A stretch of DNA of 64,000 nucleotides. Source: an uncultured Planctomycetota bacterium (GTDB lineage Bacteria > Planctomycetota > Planctomycetia > Isosphaerales > Isosphaeraceae). Location of the stretch: positions 96,001 through 160,000 of the forward strand of contig CAWJTV010000038.1 of assembly GCA_963845755.1 (NCBI GenBank). Direction: 5' to 3'. The position numbers were made by a program, and so were the translations under genes. Of the stretch, positions 1-12,483 are shown piece after piece. How positions within the stretch are numbered: the stretch's first letter is position 1; each line of letters begins with the position of its first letter. Below the pieces are notes generated by a model that saw only the letters and a list, made by a program, of their open reading frames with translations, had not been told where the DNA came from and made no database searches.

Positions 1-3000
1 GACGGCAGCCACCTGATCTCAGTCGGCCGCGACATGACGGCCAAGCTGACCGAGGTCGCCACACAGCGGTTCGTCAACAACATCACGTCGATCACGCCCG
101 GGGCGCTCAAGGGAGGTCTGGCGGCCGTCGCCCGCCATCCCAAGCGCGATGAGATCATCATTGGCGGCTCCGATGGCGAGCCCAAGCTCTACCGCATCAT
201 CCGCCAGACCGTACGGGTCATCGGCGACGACTCCAATCTGATCCGCGAGTTCCCCGCCCTGCCGGGCCGCATCTATAGCGTCGCCATCAGCACCGACGGC
301 AAGCGGATCGCCGCGGGGAGCAGCCTCGACGGCGCCGGTGAGATCGGCGTCTATTCCTACGAATTCGACACCGGCTATCCAGACAAGATCAAGGCCATCA
401 ACTCGAAGGTCGTCACCGCGCGATCGGCCGCGGAAGTCGCCGAGCTGGACAAGTACCATAAGCAGGGGGTCAAGGAGATCGCCCGCGTGAAGCTGCCGCA
501 AGGCGGCGTCTATGCGGTCGCATTCCGCCCCGACGGCAAGGTCCTTGCCGCTGCCGCCGCCGACGGCATGATCCGGCTCCTCAACCCCGAGACCGGCTCG
601 TCGATCAAGGAATTCGCCCCGGTGACCGTCAAGACCTCCTCGGTCGCCCAGAACGCTTCGGTCACCATCATCCCGCCCAAGCAGGAAACCTCGCTCGAGA
701 CGGAGGTGCTTCCCAAGGGTACGAGCCTCTCGGCGCTGGAGGTCCAGCCGAAGGAGATTCGGCTGACCACTCCGTTCGCCTACGCCCAGCTTCTGGTCAC
801 GGCGCGGCTGGGCTCGGGCGAGACGATCGACGCGACCCGGATGGTCGAGGCGTCGCTATCGACGGCGATCGCCGAGGTCTCGCGGTCGGGCCTGGTGCGG
901 CCCCGTGCCGACGGCAAGGCCACGCTGGTCCTCCGCCTTGCGGGCAAGTCCGCCGAGGTCCCGGTGACCGTGCTGGGCCTGCACACGGCGCCGCAAGGTC
1001 GATTTCGTGCACGACGTCGCGCCGGTCCTCTCGCGGCTGGGCTGCAACGCCGGGACCTGCCACGGCTCGGCCCAGGGGAAGAACGGGTTCAAGCTCTCGC
1101 TCCGCGGTTATGACCCGCTCTTCGACACGCGCGCCCTCACCGACGATCAGGCCGCCCGGCATATCAACCTGGCCTCGCCGGACGACAGCATGATCCTCTC
1201 CAAGCCCACCGGCGCCGTACCGCATGTCGGCGGCGCGTTGATCCAGCCGGGCGAGCCGTACTACGAGATCATCCGTGCCTGGATCGCCGACGGCGCCCGC
1301 CTCGACCTGACCACGCCGAAAGTCAGCAAGATCGAGGTCTATCCGATCGACCCGGTCGTCCAGCGGCTGGGCACCCGGCAGCAGCTCCGCGTGCTGGCGA
1401 CGTATTCCAACGGCGAAGTCCGCGATGTGAGCCGCGAAGCCTTTCTCGAGAGTGCAAACTCCGAAGTCGCCGTGGCCGGCCGCGCCGGGCTGATCGCCGC
1501 CGTTCGCCGCGGCGAGGCCCCGATCCTCGCGCGATTCGAGGGGAACTATGCCTCCACCACGCTCACCGTCATGGGCGACCGCACCGGGTTCGTCTGGACC
1601 GAGCCCCCGGCCTACGGCGCGATCGACAAGCTGGCCGCACGCAAGTGGGAACGGATGAAGATCCTCCCCTCCGGTCTCTGCACCGATGACGAGTTCCTCC
1701 GACGCGTCACCCTCGACTTGACCGGCTTGCCCCCGACCGCCGAGGACGTCCGCAAGTTCCTGTCCGACACCCGAGATAGCCGGGTCAAGCGCGACGAGAT
1801 GGTCAACCGCCTGATCGGCAATCCCGACTTCGTCGACTACTGGACCAACAAGTGGGCCGACCTGCTCCAGGTCAATCGCAAGTTCCTGGGCGTCGAGGGA
1901 TCGGTGGCCTTCCGCAACTGGATCCGCGCCCAGGTCGCCGCCAACCTGCCGTACGACAAGTTCGTCCGCACGGTGCTGACGGCCACGGGCTCGAACCGGG
2001 AGAACCCCGCGGCGTCCTACTTCAAGATCCTCCGCGAGCCGGCGTCGACCATGGAGAACACGACGCAACTGTTCCTGGCGGTCCGCTTCAATTGCAACAA
2101 GTGCCACGACCACCCCTTCGAGCGCTGGACCCAGGACCAGTACTACCAGACGGCGGCCTACTTCGCGCAGGTGGACCTCAAGGCCGACCCGGCCAGCGGC
2201 GGCCGGATGATCGGCGGCACGGAAGTCGAGGCGGCCAAGCCGCTCTTCGAGATGGTCTCGGACACCAGCAAGGCCGAGGTGGTCCACGACCGGACGAAGA
2301 AGTTGACCGCACCGAAGTTCCCCTATCAGAACGTCTACCACCATCCGGGCGCCGGCGCCACGCGACGGGTCGAGCTGGCCGAGTGGTTGACCTCGAAGGA
2401 GAATCCCTACTTCGCCAGGAGCTACGTCAATCGGCTCTGGGGTTACATGCTGGGCGCAGGAATCATCGAGCCCCTGGACGATATCCGCGCCGGCAACCCG
2501 CCCTCGAACCCCGAGCTGCTCGATTATCTCACCAGGGAGTTCGTCAAGGGCGGCTTCGATGTCCGTCATGTGATGCGGCTGATTTGCAAGTCGCGAACCT
2601 ATCAATTGTCGGTCGAGTCGAACAAGTGGAACGCCGACGACAAGGTGAACTACTCGCACGCGATCGCACGACGGCTGCCGGCGGAGGTCCTGCTGGACGC
2701 GGTCTACCGGGTCACCGGTTCGGTATCGAAGATCCCAGGAGTGGCGCCGGGGACCCGCGCGGCGTCGCTGCCCGATTCGGGTGTGGAACTGCCCAGCGGC
2801 TTCCTGACGACCTTCGGCCGTCCGGCGCGAGAGCGCCTGCGAGTGCGAGCGATCCAGCGGCATGCAGCTCGGGCCGGTCATGGCCCTGGTCAGCGGCCCT
2901 ACGCTGGCCGACGCGCTGGCCGACCCGTCCAGCGAGCTGACGCGGCTGGTCTCCACCCAGGGGGATGATGTCAAGCTGATCGACGAGTTGTTCCTCCGGA

Positions 3001-4243
3001 TCCTCAACCGGAAAGCGACTCCCGCGGAGGTTGAGACGTGCCGCAAGGACATGCAGGCTGTCGAGGAGGACCACCGCAGAATGGCCGAGGAGTTGGGCCG
3101 CAACGAGGCCGAGTTCGCCATCAAGCGCCCCGATCTCGAGCGCAAGCGCATGGCCGCCATCACGTCGGCACAGACCGCGCTGGCCACCTACGAGAAGGAA
3201 TTGGCTCCCCGACTCGCCGAACAGGAGAAGAAGCGGGCCGAAGCGACCGCCAAACTCGAGGCCGACCTGAAACACTACGAGACCAACACGATCGCCAAGA
3301 AGATGGCCGACTGGGAGAAAGCCCATGCCGCGTCGATCGTCAACCGATGGGTCGTCCTCGAGCCCAAGACGACCGGCGCGACCAACCGGTCGGTCCTGAC
3401 CAAGGAGGCCGATGGCTCGATCTCGGTCTCGGGCCGCAACACCAACGGGGTGGTCACGATCGTCGCCGAGACCGAGCTGACCGGGATCACGGGATTGCGG
3501 CTCGAGGTGCTCCCCGACAGCCGGCTGCCCAGCAGGGGACCGGGGCGGGCGTCCGACGGCAACTTCGTGCTCAATGAGCTCCAAATGACCGCCGCTCCCA
3601 AGGCCGACCCGAAGCAGGCCAAGCCGGTAAAGCTGGAGAAGGCCATCGCCGACTTCAGCCAGAATGACTTCGATATCTCGAAGGCCATCGACGGCAGCGC
3701 CAACGACCAGGGCAACGGCTGGGCCATCTCGCCGGCCACCGGGACGACTCACTGGGCGACGTTCGAGACGGCCCAGCCGTTCGGCGCCGCCGGCGGCACG
3801 GTGCTCACCATCAAGATGTCTCATCTGTTCCAGAACGTCTGGACGCTCGGCCGGTTCCGCCTCTCGGTCACCCCAGGCGCAAGCCGGTCGGCCCGAGTCT
3901 CCCGGAGGACTTTCGCGCCATCCTGGCCGTCGCCCCCGAGTTGCGGACCGAGGCCCAGAAGAATGCCCTTCTCGCCTACTTCCGGGCCATGGATGCGGAG
4001 TTGCGGGCCAAGAACGACGCGTTCGCTGCGAGCAAGGTGCCGCTTCCGGTCGATCCCAAACTCAAGGACCTGCGCGACCAGCTCGAATACGCCAAGAAGC
4101 CGGTCCAACCCGACCCGGTCCTGCTGGCCCTGCGCCGCGATGTAGAGATCAGCGTCGGTCAGGCCGCCGTCCGGCGGCTCACCGCCGCCCAGGACATCGC
4201 CTGGGCCCTCATCAACAGCCCGGCGTTCCTGTTCAACCACTGA
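1..4243 (+). CDS. Large planctomycete DUF1549/DUF1553 (PSD1) protein with WD40 repeats, Ig-like domains and a discoidin-like insert; 5' end outside the window; frameshifted near 1000, 2830 and 3890
   Basis: Consecutive ORFs 34-1113, 1007-2968, 2862-4145 and 3941-4243 join into one protein: WD40 motifs ([31 protein letters not shown]), [64 protein letters not shown]-terminal [13 protein letters not shown]. Confidence 0.9.
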
Positions 4244-4259
4244 CAATGAGACGGACTGT

Positions 4260-4297
4260 GAGGGTCGTGCGGGTTGATCAGAATCCCGCCGACCCTC
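4260..4297 (+). terminator. GC-rich stem-loop just after the DUF1549 gene stop (3' stabiliser or terminator-like, no U tract)
   Basis: GAGGGTCG-T-GCGGG ... CCCGC-CGACCCTC inverted repeat starting 17 nt after TGA. Confidence 0.35.
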
Positions 4298-5184
4298 GAT
4301 CCGCCAAGCCCGGTCCGGTGGGTTGTCGCGCGGTCTCGTTCAATTGGAGAATTCCCCTTCCGACGCGGCCGTCGAAGTTTAGGATGACGCGTCGGATTCG
4401 TCTGACCGTTCCGATTCCGCGTGGCGTATTCGGCGAGGTGTCTCGAGAGCATCACGTGGAAACGAGACCGGCGGGCGCGGTCTAGGTCCGCGCCCAGGAT
4501 GCCCGGCCAGATTTGCGAATGTGGGATATGTTGCTATCGGCTGCTCTGAAAGATCAAGAGCCTTGAATCTGCGCTCATTTCTGGCCCCAGAGGACGGTGC
4601 GAAGTCGCACGCTCGCGGCGGGGTCGGCCTCGAGCAATCCCTCGTGGAACCAGCGCGTCCAGCCCCGCGGCCGGCGCGACTCACGACGGACTCCGTAAAT
4701 CTTGCGACGCTTCCTGGGACTCATGGTCATCTCCTTGAGAAAAGAAGCCATGGAGAAGAAGTGGAGGTCCGATGATCCCCTCATTAAGCAACTGGAATAC
4801 CGAACGCCCGAATCTCGCCCGGATGTTGCGTTTTTCCGATCGGCCGCGACGAACCTTCAACACAAAGTGATGACTCTCTTACGGATCAGCCGACCTGTCC
4901 TTTCGGGAGCAACGAACAGGTGCATGTGAACGGGCTCCGGGAATGGGTGCGCGGCTCACGCTGGTTTTGTAAGCATTGCCGCGAACGCCGTGTGCATTGT
5001 GGAAAACGCTTGGGCGCAACGTGAACGAGCGTGGATGCTGAGTCGGAGTTGGGTGGATCGTCGGCGTCCGCGGTGAAGTCACGAGGCTCTTCAAGCCGGC
5101 ACGAGGCCGCTTGATTCGAAGGGCCGCTTTGCGAGGCATCCGAATCTGGCCAACACCGATCTTCCACGACGGAGGACTCCGACG

Positions 5185-6090
5185 ATGGGTTCTGGGTTCC
5201 GCGAAATCTGGGACTCGATGCTTTCCTGGTTCCAGGGCATCGACGTCTGGCACGTCAGCCAGTTCCTCGCCGAGAAGCTCTTCGAGGGGCTGCTCCAGGC
5301 GATGGCCGTGGTGGTCATCGGCTGGCTGGTGCTGTATCGCCAGTGGCGTCAGATCACACAGGGGCGGTCGGACCAGGTCGTATTCTCGGCGAACTTGCTA
5401 ACGCCGATTGGTGAACCCGCGGCTGGCAGGAACGAGGCCGATCGGTACGTGCTCCAGCTCCGGACCGTGCTGCCGCCCCGGACGATCGACCTGCTCCTGG
5501 ACAACGTGGCGCTGCGACGGGTGACGCGCCACCTGGCCGAACAGGCCAGCCTCGCCGATCCGATCCTCGCGACCGAGGGGACCGCCGGCTTCGAGATCAT
5601 CAACGACATCGTCAACAGCGTGGCGGGGAGCCTGGCCGCCGCGCCGTTCCGGCGGGATCAGTGGCTCCTGGCGGTCACCTGCGAGGATCGGAAGGTCGTC
5701 CGCAAGTGCTGCATTCGCGTGCTCCTGATCCGTCGAATCGACCTCGAGCGCCTGGCATCGTGGGACTGGTGCCGCGAGCACGTGCTGGTCGAGGAATGGT
5801 ACCACTTCTGGAGGATTGTCACGCTCCATCAGATCGCTCTCCGGTTCCGGGAAGAGCAGGAACGGCAGAAGTCTTCACGCGTCCAGGATATCCAGGAGAA
5901 CCTCTTGCCTCTGGTGGATAGCCAGGCCCATCATCCGCGAGTCCGACCGCTATCTCTCGGCATCAACATCGAAGAGCCGATCATCAAGCCGCCCATCGCG
6001 GTCGACTGGGCACGTTATCTGCCGCAGATCGCGGCGATGGGTCTGAAGCTGCCAAATACAACGGCTCCGGCGAAGGATGCACCAGCCTGA
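5185..6090 (+). CDS. Hypothetical protein with N-terminal membrane anchor
   Basis: 301-aa ORF, GGAGGA RBS upstream, hydrophobic LLQAMAVVVIGWLVLY segment, GC3-biased codons. Confidence 0.75.
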   Translation: MGSGFREIWDSMLSWFQGIDVWHVSQFLAEKLFEGLLQAMAVVVIGWLVLYRQWRQITQGRSDQVVFSANLLTPIGEPAAGRNEADRYVLQLRTVLPPRTIDLLLDNVALRRVTRHLAEQASLADPILATEGTAGFEIINDIVNSVAGSLAAAPFRRDQWLLAVTCEDRKVVRKCCIRVLLIRRIDLERLASWDWCREHVLVEEWYHFWRIVTLHQIALRFREEQERQKSSRVQDIQENLLPLVDSQAHHPRVRPLSLGINIEEPIIKPPIAVDWARYLPQIAAMGLKLPNTTAPAKDAPA

Positions 6091-6117
6091 CTGTCGGGTT
6101 CCGATTCGCCGGGCTCG

Positions 6118-6942
6118 TCACATGCGACGCCTGCGCGGCTTGAGCAACGTCGAGGCCCATTCGGTTTGTTCCGGAGTCAGTCGGGGCACGATCGGATCCT
6201 TGACGTATTCAACCTCATGTTGAAACGGGCCGGCGTCATAGGCCTGGTTGAAAGCATTCTGGAGGTCGAGAGGTACGTCGGAGTCTCCCGGCAGCAGTGG
6301 GATGCCTATCCTGGGTAGACGCTGAGTCAGAGCCATTGGATAGACGAGGAACTCATTTGGTCGATGAAAGCGATGGATCGAGACCAGGTAATCGAACGGG
6401 ACGGCTTGCGCCCTGACGAGGTCTCTGGGAACGGCCAGCGTGTGCGTCCCGCCGCGCAGCAGGTCGATCTCGACCAGGTGAGTCTCACTTTCCAGAGTCT
6501 TCCGCTGCTTCTCCAGAAACTTCTCGCGTCCCGTATTGCCGATCTTCTTATTGGCCGGACTGAGGATCTCGATTGAGGTGACGATCTGGACTTCCTTGCC
6601 ACGGCGACGTCGTACCTCAAGGAAGGACTGCTTGAACGGCCCATGCTCGATCGTCTCAACCGTCACGACCAGGGGACCACCTTCCCGAGGCTCAGTTAGC
6701 AAGGCGAGACCGTCACCGCGCCGCTTCCTCCGCTTAGGAGCCGAATGGACGACTTCGACATCGGGTTCCATGTGGCGCTGCGTGTACTCGAGCCAGACGC
6801 GCCGGCTCGACTGTGCATAATAGGAGGCAGGCAGTCTCCGCTGCAGCACGCTTTTCATGAAGATGATGAGGCTGCCATGGAGATCCGGAAACCAGTCCGG
6901 GCTCTCCAGGTACGGGTCCATTCCGAGGAACGGCGAGGGCAT
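6118..6942 (-). CDS. DUF4058 family protein
   Basis: Characteristic MPSPFLGMDPYLE start, IEILSPANK and HLVEIDLLRGG motifs. Confidence 0.9.
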   Translation of the reverse strand: MPSPFLGMDPYLESPDWFPDLHGSLIIFMKSVLQRRLPASYYAQSSRRVWLEYTQRHMEPDVEVVHSAPKRRKRRGDGLALLTEPREGGPLVVTVETIEHGPFKQSFLEVRRRRGKEVQIVTSIEILSPANKKIGNTGREKFLEKQRKTLESETHLVEIDLLRGGTHTLAVPRDLVRAQAVPFDYLVSIHRFHRPNEFLVYPMALTQRLPRIGIPLLPGDSDVPLDLQNAFNQAYDAGPFQHEVEYVKDPIVPRLTPEQTEWASTLLKPRRRRM

Positions 6943-7141
6943 CGGGCGATTCCTCTCTTGGGAATTCTTGCTCTTGAGTCATTGTGGCCAGGGCGTTCGG
7001 GCCGGTCAATCGCGGGTGCCTCGAGCGACTTGCAGTCCTGATGGGTCGTTGCGGCGCCCGTCGGGACCGGGTAGCCTTGGGAGTCGGATTGAGGGCATTT
7101 CGTCGGGATCTCTTCGTATCCGGATCACAGGAGTATCTTCG

Positions 7142-8383
7142 ATGTCGCATCACGAGCATGCCGCGGACAGCCTCGGCCGTCGACAGTTCCTGGCCGCCGG
7201 CGCGGCGGTCCCCGTACTGGCCGGGATGTCCTTGACCTACGTCTCGGCCCAGGAGCCCAGGGCGGCCGCCGGCAAGGCCGAGGCGAGCCAGAAATGGGGC
7301 ATTCCTGGCCCCTACCCCGGCCGTGTCATCGAGGTCCGCAATCCCCGGATGATCAAGGACGACGTCAAGGATCGCGGGGCGATCCACGCGGCGATGGACC
7401 GCGGCATGAAGGAGCTGACCGGTTCCACCGACGCCGTCGAGGCCTGGCGCAGCTTCTTCGAGCCGGGCGACGTGGTCGGCGTCAAGATGAACCCGGTCGG
7501 CAGGCCGCTGGCCACAACCTCGTTCGAACTGATGCTCGAAGTGATCGATGGCCTCCAGGCCGCCGGAGTCAAGGCCAAGGACATCGTCGTCTTCGAGAGA
7601 TACCGCGACGAGCTCCTCGACGCCAAGATCCACCAGGCCGTACCCGACGGGATCGCCTGGACCGGCCTGGGCATCGCCTACAACGGCAAGCAGATCGATA
7701 TCAAGGGAGACGACGAGAATTCCGGCAACCTCGATCGGACCACCGGCTACGACCCCGACGAGTTCATGGTCATGGAGCTGGTCATGCCCGGCAATGATCC
7801 CCATGACGACCGCTCCCGGCGCTCGCACCTCGGGCTGCTGGTGACACGACGGGTCAACAAGCTCGTTCTCCTGCCGGTCCTGAAGGACCACGGCTCGGCC
7901 GGGGTCACGGGCGCCCTCAAGAACATGAGCCACGGACTGGTCAACAACGTCTGCCGATCCCACGGCACGCCCGATACGAACGTCTGCAACCAGTTCATCC
8001 CGCAGGTCGTCAACCACCCGGTCATCCGCCGCAAGTGCGTCCTCCAGATCATGGACGGCATCAAGGGGGTCTACCAGGGCGGACCGGGCGCATCGCGGCC
8101 GGAATGGACCTGGGAGAACAACGCCCTCTTCTTCGCCACCGATCCCGTGGCGATGGACCACGTCGCCTGGCGTTATGTCAACGCCAAGCGGAAGGAGAAA
8201 GGCCTGCCGCCGGTCGGCGCCGCCGGCAAGCTGGGCCTCGACCCCCTGAAGAGCGAGGGCTTCGATATCCGCCAACCCCAGCACATCCCCCTGGCCGCCA
8301 ACCTCGGCCTGGGTATCTTCCCCTTCGACTCGCCCAGGGGGAAACGGAACGAGATCCAGCATCGGGTCGTCTCGATCACGTGA
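7142..8383 (+). CDS. Tat-exported DUF362 domain protein
   Basis: GRRQFL twin-arginine signal after an AGGAG RBS; GDVVGVKMN, LPVLKDHGSAGVTGALKNM and DPVAMD motifs. Confidence 0.85.
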   Translation: MSHHEHAADSLGRRQFLAAGAAVPVLAGMSLTYVSAQEPRAAAGKAEASQKWGIPGPYPGRVIEVRNPRMIKDDVKDRGAIHAAMDRGMKELTGSTDAVEAWRSFFEPGDVVGVKMNPVGRPLATTSFELMLEVIDGLQAAGVKAKDIVVFERYRDELLDAKIHQAVPDGIAWTGLGIAYNGKQIDIKGDDENSGNLDRTTGYDPDEFMVMELVMPGNDPHDDRSRRSHLGLLVTRRVNKLVLLPVLKDHGSAGVTGALKNMSHGLVNNVCRSHGTPDTNVCNQFIPQVVNHPVIRRKCVLQIMDGIKGVYQGGPGASRPEWTWENNALFFATDPVAMDHVAWRYVNAKRKEKGLPPVGAAGKLGLDPLKSEGFDIRQPQHIPLAANLGLGIFPFDSPRGKRNEIQHRVVSIT

Positions 8384-8662
8384 GTTCGCCCTCAGGTCAT
8401 CGACCGGGAGGAGGAGAGGCCCCGACGCGAGTTCGCGCCCGCCCCCGCGACGCGAGTCGAACCGGCGCCTCCTGCCGGGACGGACACCCTGCGAGGAAAG
8501 CGGTCCGAAGAAATCCTCGTCCCCCTTGATCGAGCCGGAGGGACTCTCTACAATTGTCCGATGTCGGACAAATGCCGGAGGTCGGACGTTGCCGGACCCC
8601 GGCCTGCACAGGCCGTCGCGGTGTCGGCGGCATGGGGTCATTCTCCACGGGAGGTTCTCGCC

Positions 8663-9988
8663 ATGAGGGAAAGCGCTTCGGCGATAGCGCGTCGGCGGGT
8701 GGGCGTGGGGCTGTCGGTGCTGGTCGTGTCGTGGTTGTTGTGGATTCTCACTCCGGGAATTCCGGTGCTGAGCGGTCCGCACGCGAGTGCGGAGGTGCAA
8801 CAGGCAGGGCTGGCCCTGTTCGAGCACGAGTGGCAGCCGGGGGATTCGCTGGCATCGGGCGATGGGCTGGGCCCGGTGTTCAACGAGCGATCGTGCGTGG
8901 CCTGCCACTTCCAGGGGGGAGTGGGCGGAGGCGGCGATGCGCGGCACAACGTCGCGTCGTTCGAGGCCCGTCCGGTGCCGGGGCGACCCGAGGTCCAGGG
9001 AGGGGTGATTCATAGCTTCGCCGTCTCGAAGGACTGCCGGGAGAATGCGGGCGACCTCCACGACTTCTTCCCCGTCGTCAAGGGCGGTCTGAAGATCGTC
9101 GGCGGCTGCACGGTCGAGGTCCGCGACTTCGACCCGGTGCAGGTGCAGATGGTCAACACGACGGCCCTCTTCGGTGCGGGTTGGGTTGACCGGATCTCGA
9201 GTAAGAGCATCGTGCACCAGGGCCGGCAACAGTTGTGGCAGGTGGTCGGCAAGGAGATCCTGGCCGATCTGACGAGCATCCCGCCGGGCCGACCCCATGT
9301 GCTGGCGGATGGCCGGATCGGCAAGTTCGGCTGGAAGGCCCAGTTCGCCACGCTGGAGGAGTTCGTCGCCGCCGCATGCGCCAACGAGCTGGGGCTGGGC
9401 AATCCCATGATGGAGCAGGCTCGGCCGTGGACACACGGGACTCATGAGAAGGTGAACGCCGACCTGGACGCATCGCAATTCCGCGCGCTGGTCGCATTCG
9501 TTGACACCCTGCCCCGGCCGGTAGAGATCCTGCCGGAGGAGACGCGGGCGCGCGATCAGGCCGAACGCGGCAAGGTCCTGTTCGGGCAGGTCGGCTGCAC
9601 GATCTGTCATACGCCCGACCTGGGCGGAGTATCGGGTGTTTACAGTGACTTCTTGTTGCATCAGATCGCCGAGAGGAAGGCCAGCGGATACTCGGAGGAA
9701 ACCAGCGTCCCGTTGCCGGAAGATCACCCGCGGCCGGATGAATGGAAGACGCCGCCGCTCTGGGGCGTCGCCGACAGTGCCCCGTACTTCCACGATGGAG
9801 CGACGCCGAGCCTGGAGGCCGCCATCAAACGCCATCGGGGAGACGCGCAACTCGTCACGCATGCCTTTGAATCGCTCGACCATGCCGATCGCGCGGCGAT
9901 CGTCGGCTTCCTCAAGAGCCTCAAGGCTCCCGCCGAAGCCCGGCCCGCCGACGTCCGTTCGAGCAAGGTCATCGCCATGAGGCGCTGA
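8663..9988 (+). CDS. Di-heme oxidoredictase (DHOR/DUF1111-like) c-type cytochrome
   Basis: Two CxxCH motifs (CVACH, CTICH), GDGLGPVFNERSC, GKFGWKA, YSDFLLH, WKTPPLWGVADSAPYFHDG. Confidence 0.9.
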   Translation: MRESASAIARRRVGVGLSVLVVSWLLWILTPGIPVLSGPHASAEVQQAGLALFEHEWQPGDSLASGDGLGPVFNERSCVACHFQGGVGGGGDARHNVASFEARPVPGRPEVQGGVIHSFAVSKDCRENAGDLHDFFPVVKGGLKIVGGCTVEVRDFDPVQVQMVNTTALFGAGWVDRISSKSIVHQGRQQLWQVVGKEILADLTSIPPGRPHVLADGRIGKFGWKAQFATLEEFVAAACANELGLGNPMMEQARPWTHGTHEKVNADLDASQFRALVAFVDTLPRPVEILPEETRARDQAERGKVLFGQVGCTICHTPDLGGVSGVYSDFLLHQIAERKASGYSEETSVPLPEDHPRPDEWKTPPLWGVADSAPYFHDGATPSLEAAIKRHRGDAQLVTHAFESLDHADRAAIVGFLKSLKAPAEARPADVRSSKVIAMRR

Positions 9989-10009
9989 GTCTCGGCCCCG
10001 CGTCAACCA

Positions 10010-11528
10010 CTAATCACCGGCCACCTGGGAGCGCAGCTCGCGCCTTAGCACCTTGCCCATCGTGTTGCGAGGAAGACTCGGGACGAAGACGATGTCGGCC
10101 GGGCGCTGATAGTCGACCAGCCGTTCGGAGAGATAGGTCCGGAGCGTGCGTTCGGAGAGGCTCTCTTCGGACCGGACGACGGCCGCGACGACGCGCTCCC
10201 CGCGCTTCTCGTCGGGGACGCCGACCACGGCGGATTCCCGGACGCCGGGACACCCGTTGATCACGCGCTCGACGACCTGGGGATAGACGTTGAACCCATT
10301 GGTGATGATGAGGTCATGCTTGCGGCCGGCGAGCGTGAGGAACCCGCCCTCGTCGCGCGAGCCCAGGTCGCCCGTATCGAACCAGCCGGAGGCAAACGCG
10401 TCGCGCGTGGCCTCCGGCCTGCGAAAGTACTCGCGGAAGAGGTTCGGCCCGCGGAGCTGGACCGAGCCGACGGCGCCCGGTCCGGCGGGGGTGCCGTCGT
10501 CCTGGACCACGCGGACCTCGATGCCCTGAACGGGCAGGCCGACGGAACCCTGGGGCCAGGGCCCGTCGAGCGGCAGGCTGGTGATGACGTGCGCCTCGGT
10601 CATCCCGTACCGATTGATGACCGGCCGGCCCAGGATCGATTCCAGCTCGGGCAGCACCTCGGGCCGGATCGGCGCCGAGCCGCAGGTGAACAGCCGGACG
10701 TTCGTCCACTCGCGCACGACTTCCCGGAACTCGGGACGGTCAAGGAACATATAATAAAACGTAGGGATCGCCATGAAGACCGTACCGCGCCCGACGACCT
10801 CCAGCGTCCGTCGGGGATGGAACGATTCCTCGATGACCATGCAGCCGCCCGTCAAGAGACTCACGTGCGTGGCGAACGAGAGTCCGTGGATGTGGAACAG
10901 GGGCAGGACGTTGACCAGGACGTCGTCGGGAGTGAATCGCCAGCACGCCTGGATCGCGCGGCACGCTGGAGGCCAGGTTGGCGTGGCTGTGCAACACGCC
11001 CTTGGGCCGGCCGGTCGTGCCGGAGCTATAGAGCATCAGGCATCCGGCATTCCGGTCGATCGCGGCCTCTTCGATCTCGCCTTCGGGGGCCTCCCACGCC
11101 TCGGCGTCGAGCATCAGGGAGCGGAGCCCGGGCAAATCGGGCCGCATGGTGTCGACGACCAGGTACACGTCCGGGCCGGCCACGACGACCCGCGCGCCGC
11201 TGTCCTGGAGGAAATATCGCAGCTCGTCGGCCGTGAACCGCGGGTTCAAGGGGAGCGAGACGCCCGAGGCATAGAGTGTCCCCAGGTGAGCCGCGAGGAA
11301 CGGTAGCTTCTCGGAGGTCACGATCGCGACCCGGTCGCCGGGATTGACCCCCAGTTGGCGGAGCCGCGCGGCGCATCGGCGCGCCTTCGTCTCGATCTCC
11401 CCGTAAGTCCACGACCGATCCTGCTGAATGATCGCCGGCCGGTTCGCGCCATTCGCGAACGTCGCCCGCAGCTCGTCAAGGAAGTGCCCCGGCCGCTCGC
11501 CGTGTTCTCCCGGTGACGATCCACTCAT
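10010..11528 (-). CDS. AMP-binding acyl-CoA synthetase (MatB-like); frameshifted near 10960
   Basis: YSSGTTGRPKG in ORF 10740-11528; YGMTE, WFDTGDLG and PRNTMGKV in ORF 10010-10864. Confidence 0.9.
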
Positions 11529-12483
11529 GCTGTCCTCCTTCGCATGGCGTCAAGTGCTGGGCCGCGAACCGTGAAGACGTTTGGAAAGTTTGAGCGTTCT
11601 CGCCGATCGCCTCCCCCCGATGATGAGCGGAGCGGCGTCACCGGCCGTGGAACGCCCCGACCGCTCGGAACGTCCCCCGATCCCTCACCGGGGATGGGAT
11701 CGGGTCGCACGAGGTCATCACCCCGCGATGATCGGAACACGGGCTGACACTTGTTGGCATCTTTTTGGCGGGTCGCCATCCCCGATCCCTCTGGCCGGAA
11801 TCGGGTTGCGGCGAACTCGCGATTGGGTTGGCGCCGTCCGACGGCTCGTCTTCGAAGTGATCGCGCGTGGCTCATACTATCAGGATGCCGCAACTTTTCG
11901 AAAGCGTTAATGCACCTATCGTGGTTTTTGGGCCGCGAGCCCACCGAACTCTTGATGCTGCTGACAGATACGAAAATCCAAAAAAATTTTGAGGCGGGTG
12001 ATTGTCCGCCCTGCCGACAATCTCGGATTGATCGTTCGGAAGACGCCGCGAACTGTCCCCTCCGAAGCCGATCGATGTTCGGCTGGACTCGCTGCCGAGA
12101 GGAGCCGATTCGAGAGCGGATGGAAGTTGTTCTCCGGACAGTTGTCGGTCACAAAGGGATGTGCGATCTTGTAAGGACATCAGGTGGGACCTCAGCGCTG
12201 CGCGCGGAACTACCGACCGCATGATCGCAGCCGTGCGAGTCGCGAGTGGCGGTGGGAGGGTATCACCTGATAGAATATAGAGGAAGGTTCGCAGATTCTT
12301 TGCCCGCTACACGCATCTGGTAGCCTGGTGAACGCGAGATTCCGGATCCGAGATCGGAGATCCGGGATGAAGGACCTGCCGGGAATCCGCGAATGGGAAT
12401 CCCTTTTCGATTGTCGGCCATCTGGACGGCCTGAGTCCTTGGCGATTTCTCTTTCATCTGGATAAGTCGAGGGTCTCTCCGCC

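Noticed and set aside
797..3187. Long antisense ORFs (797-3187, 6734-10006, 23185-24870, 50333-52168, 53136-55136 and others)
   Set aside because: Shadow ORFs expected opposite GC-rich genes; no motifs, and they fully overlap recognisable genes
4750..4929. Possible small ORF MEKKWRSDDPLIKQLEY...
   Set aside because: Purine-rich upstream sequence but no recognisable motif; cannot be supported without homologues
11529..12483. About 950-bp intergenic region as a possible ncRNA or riboswitch
   Set aside because: No recognisable RNA motif; only a degenerate heptamer repeat near 12335-12405
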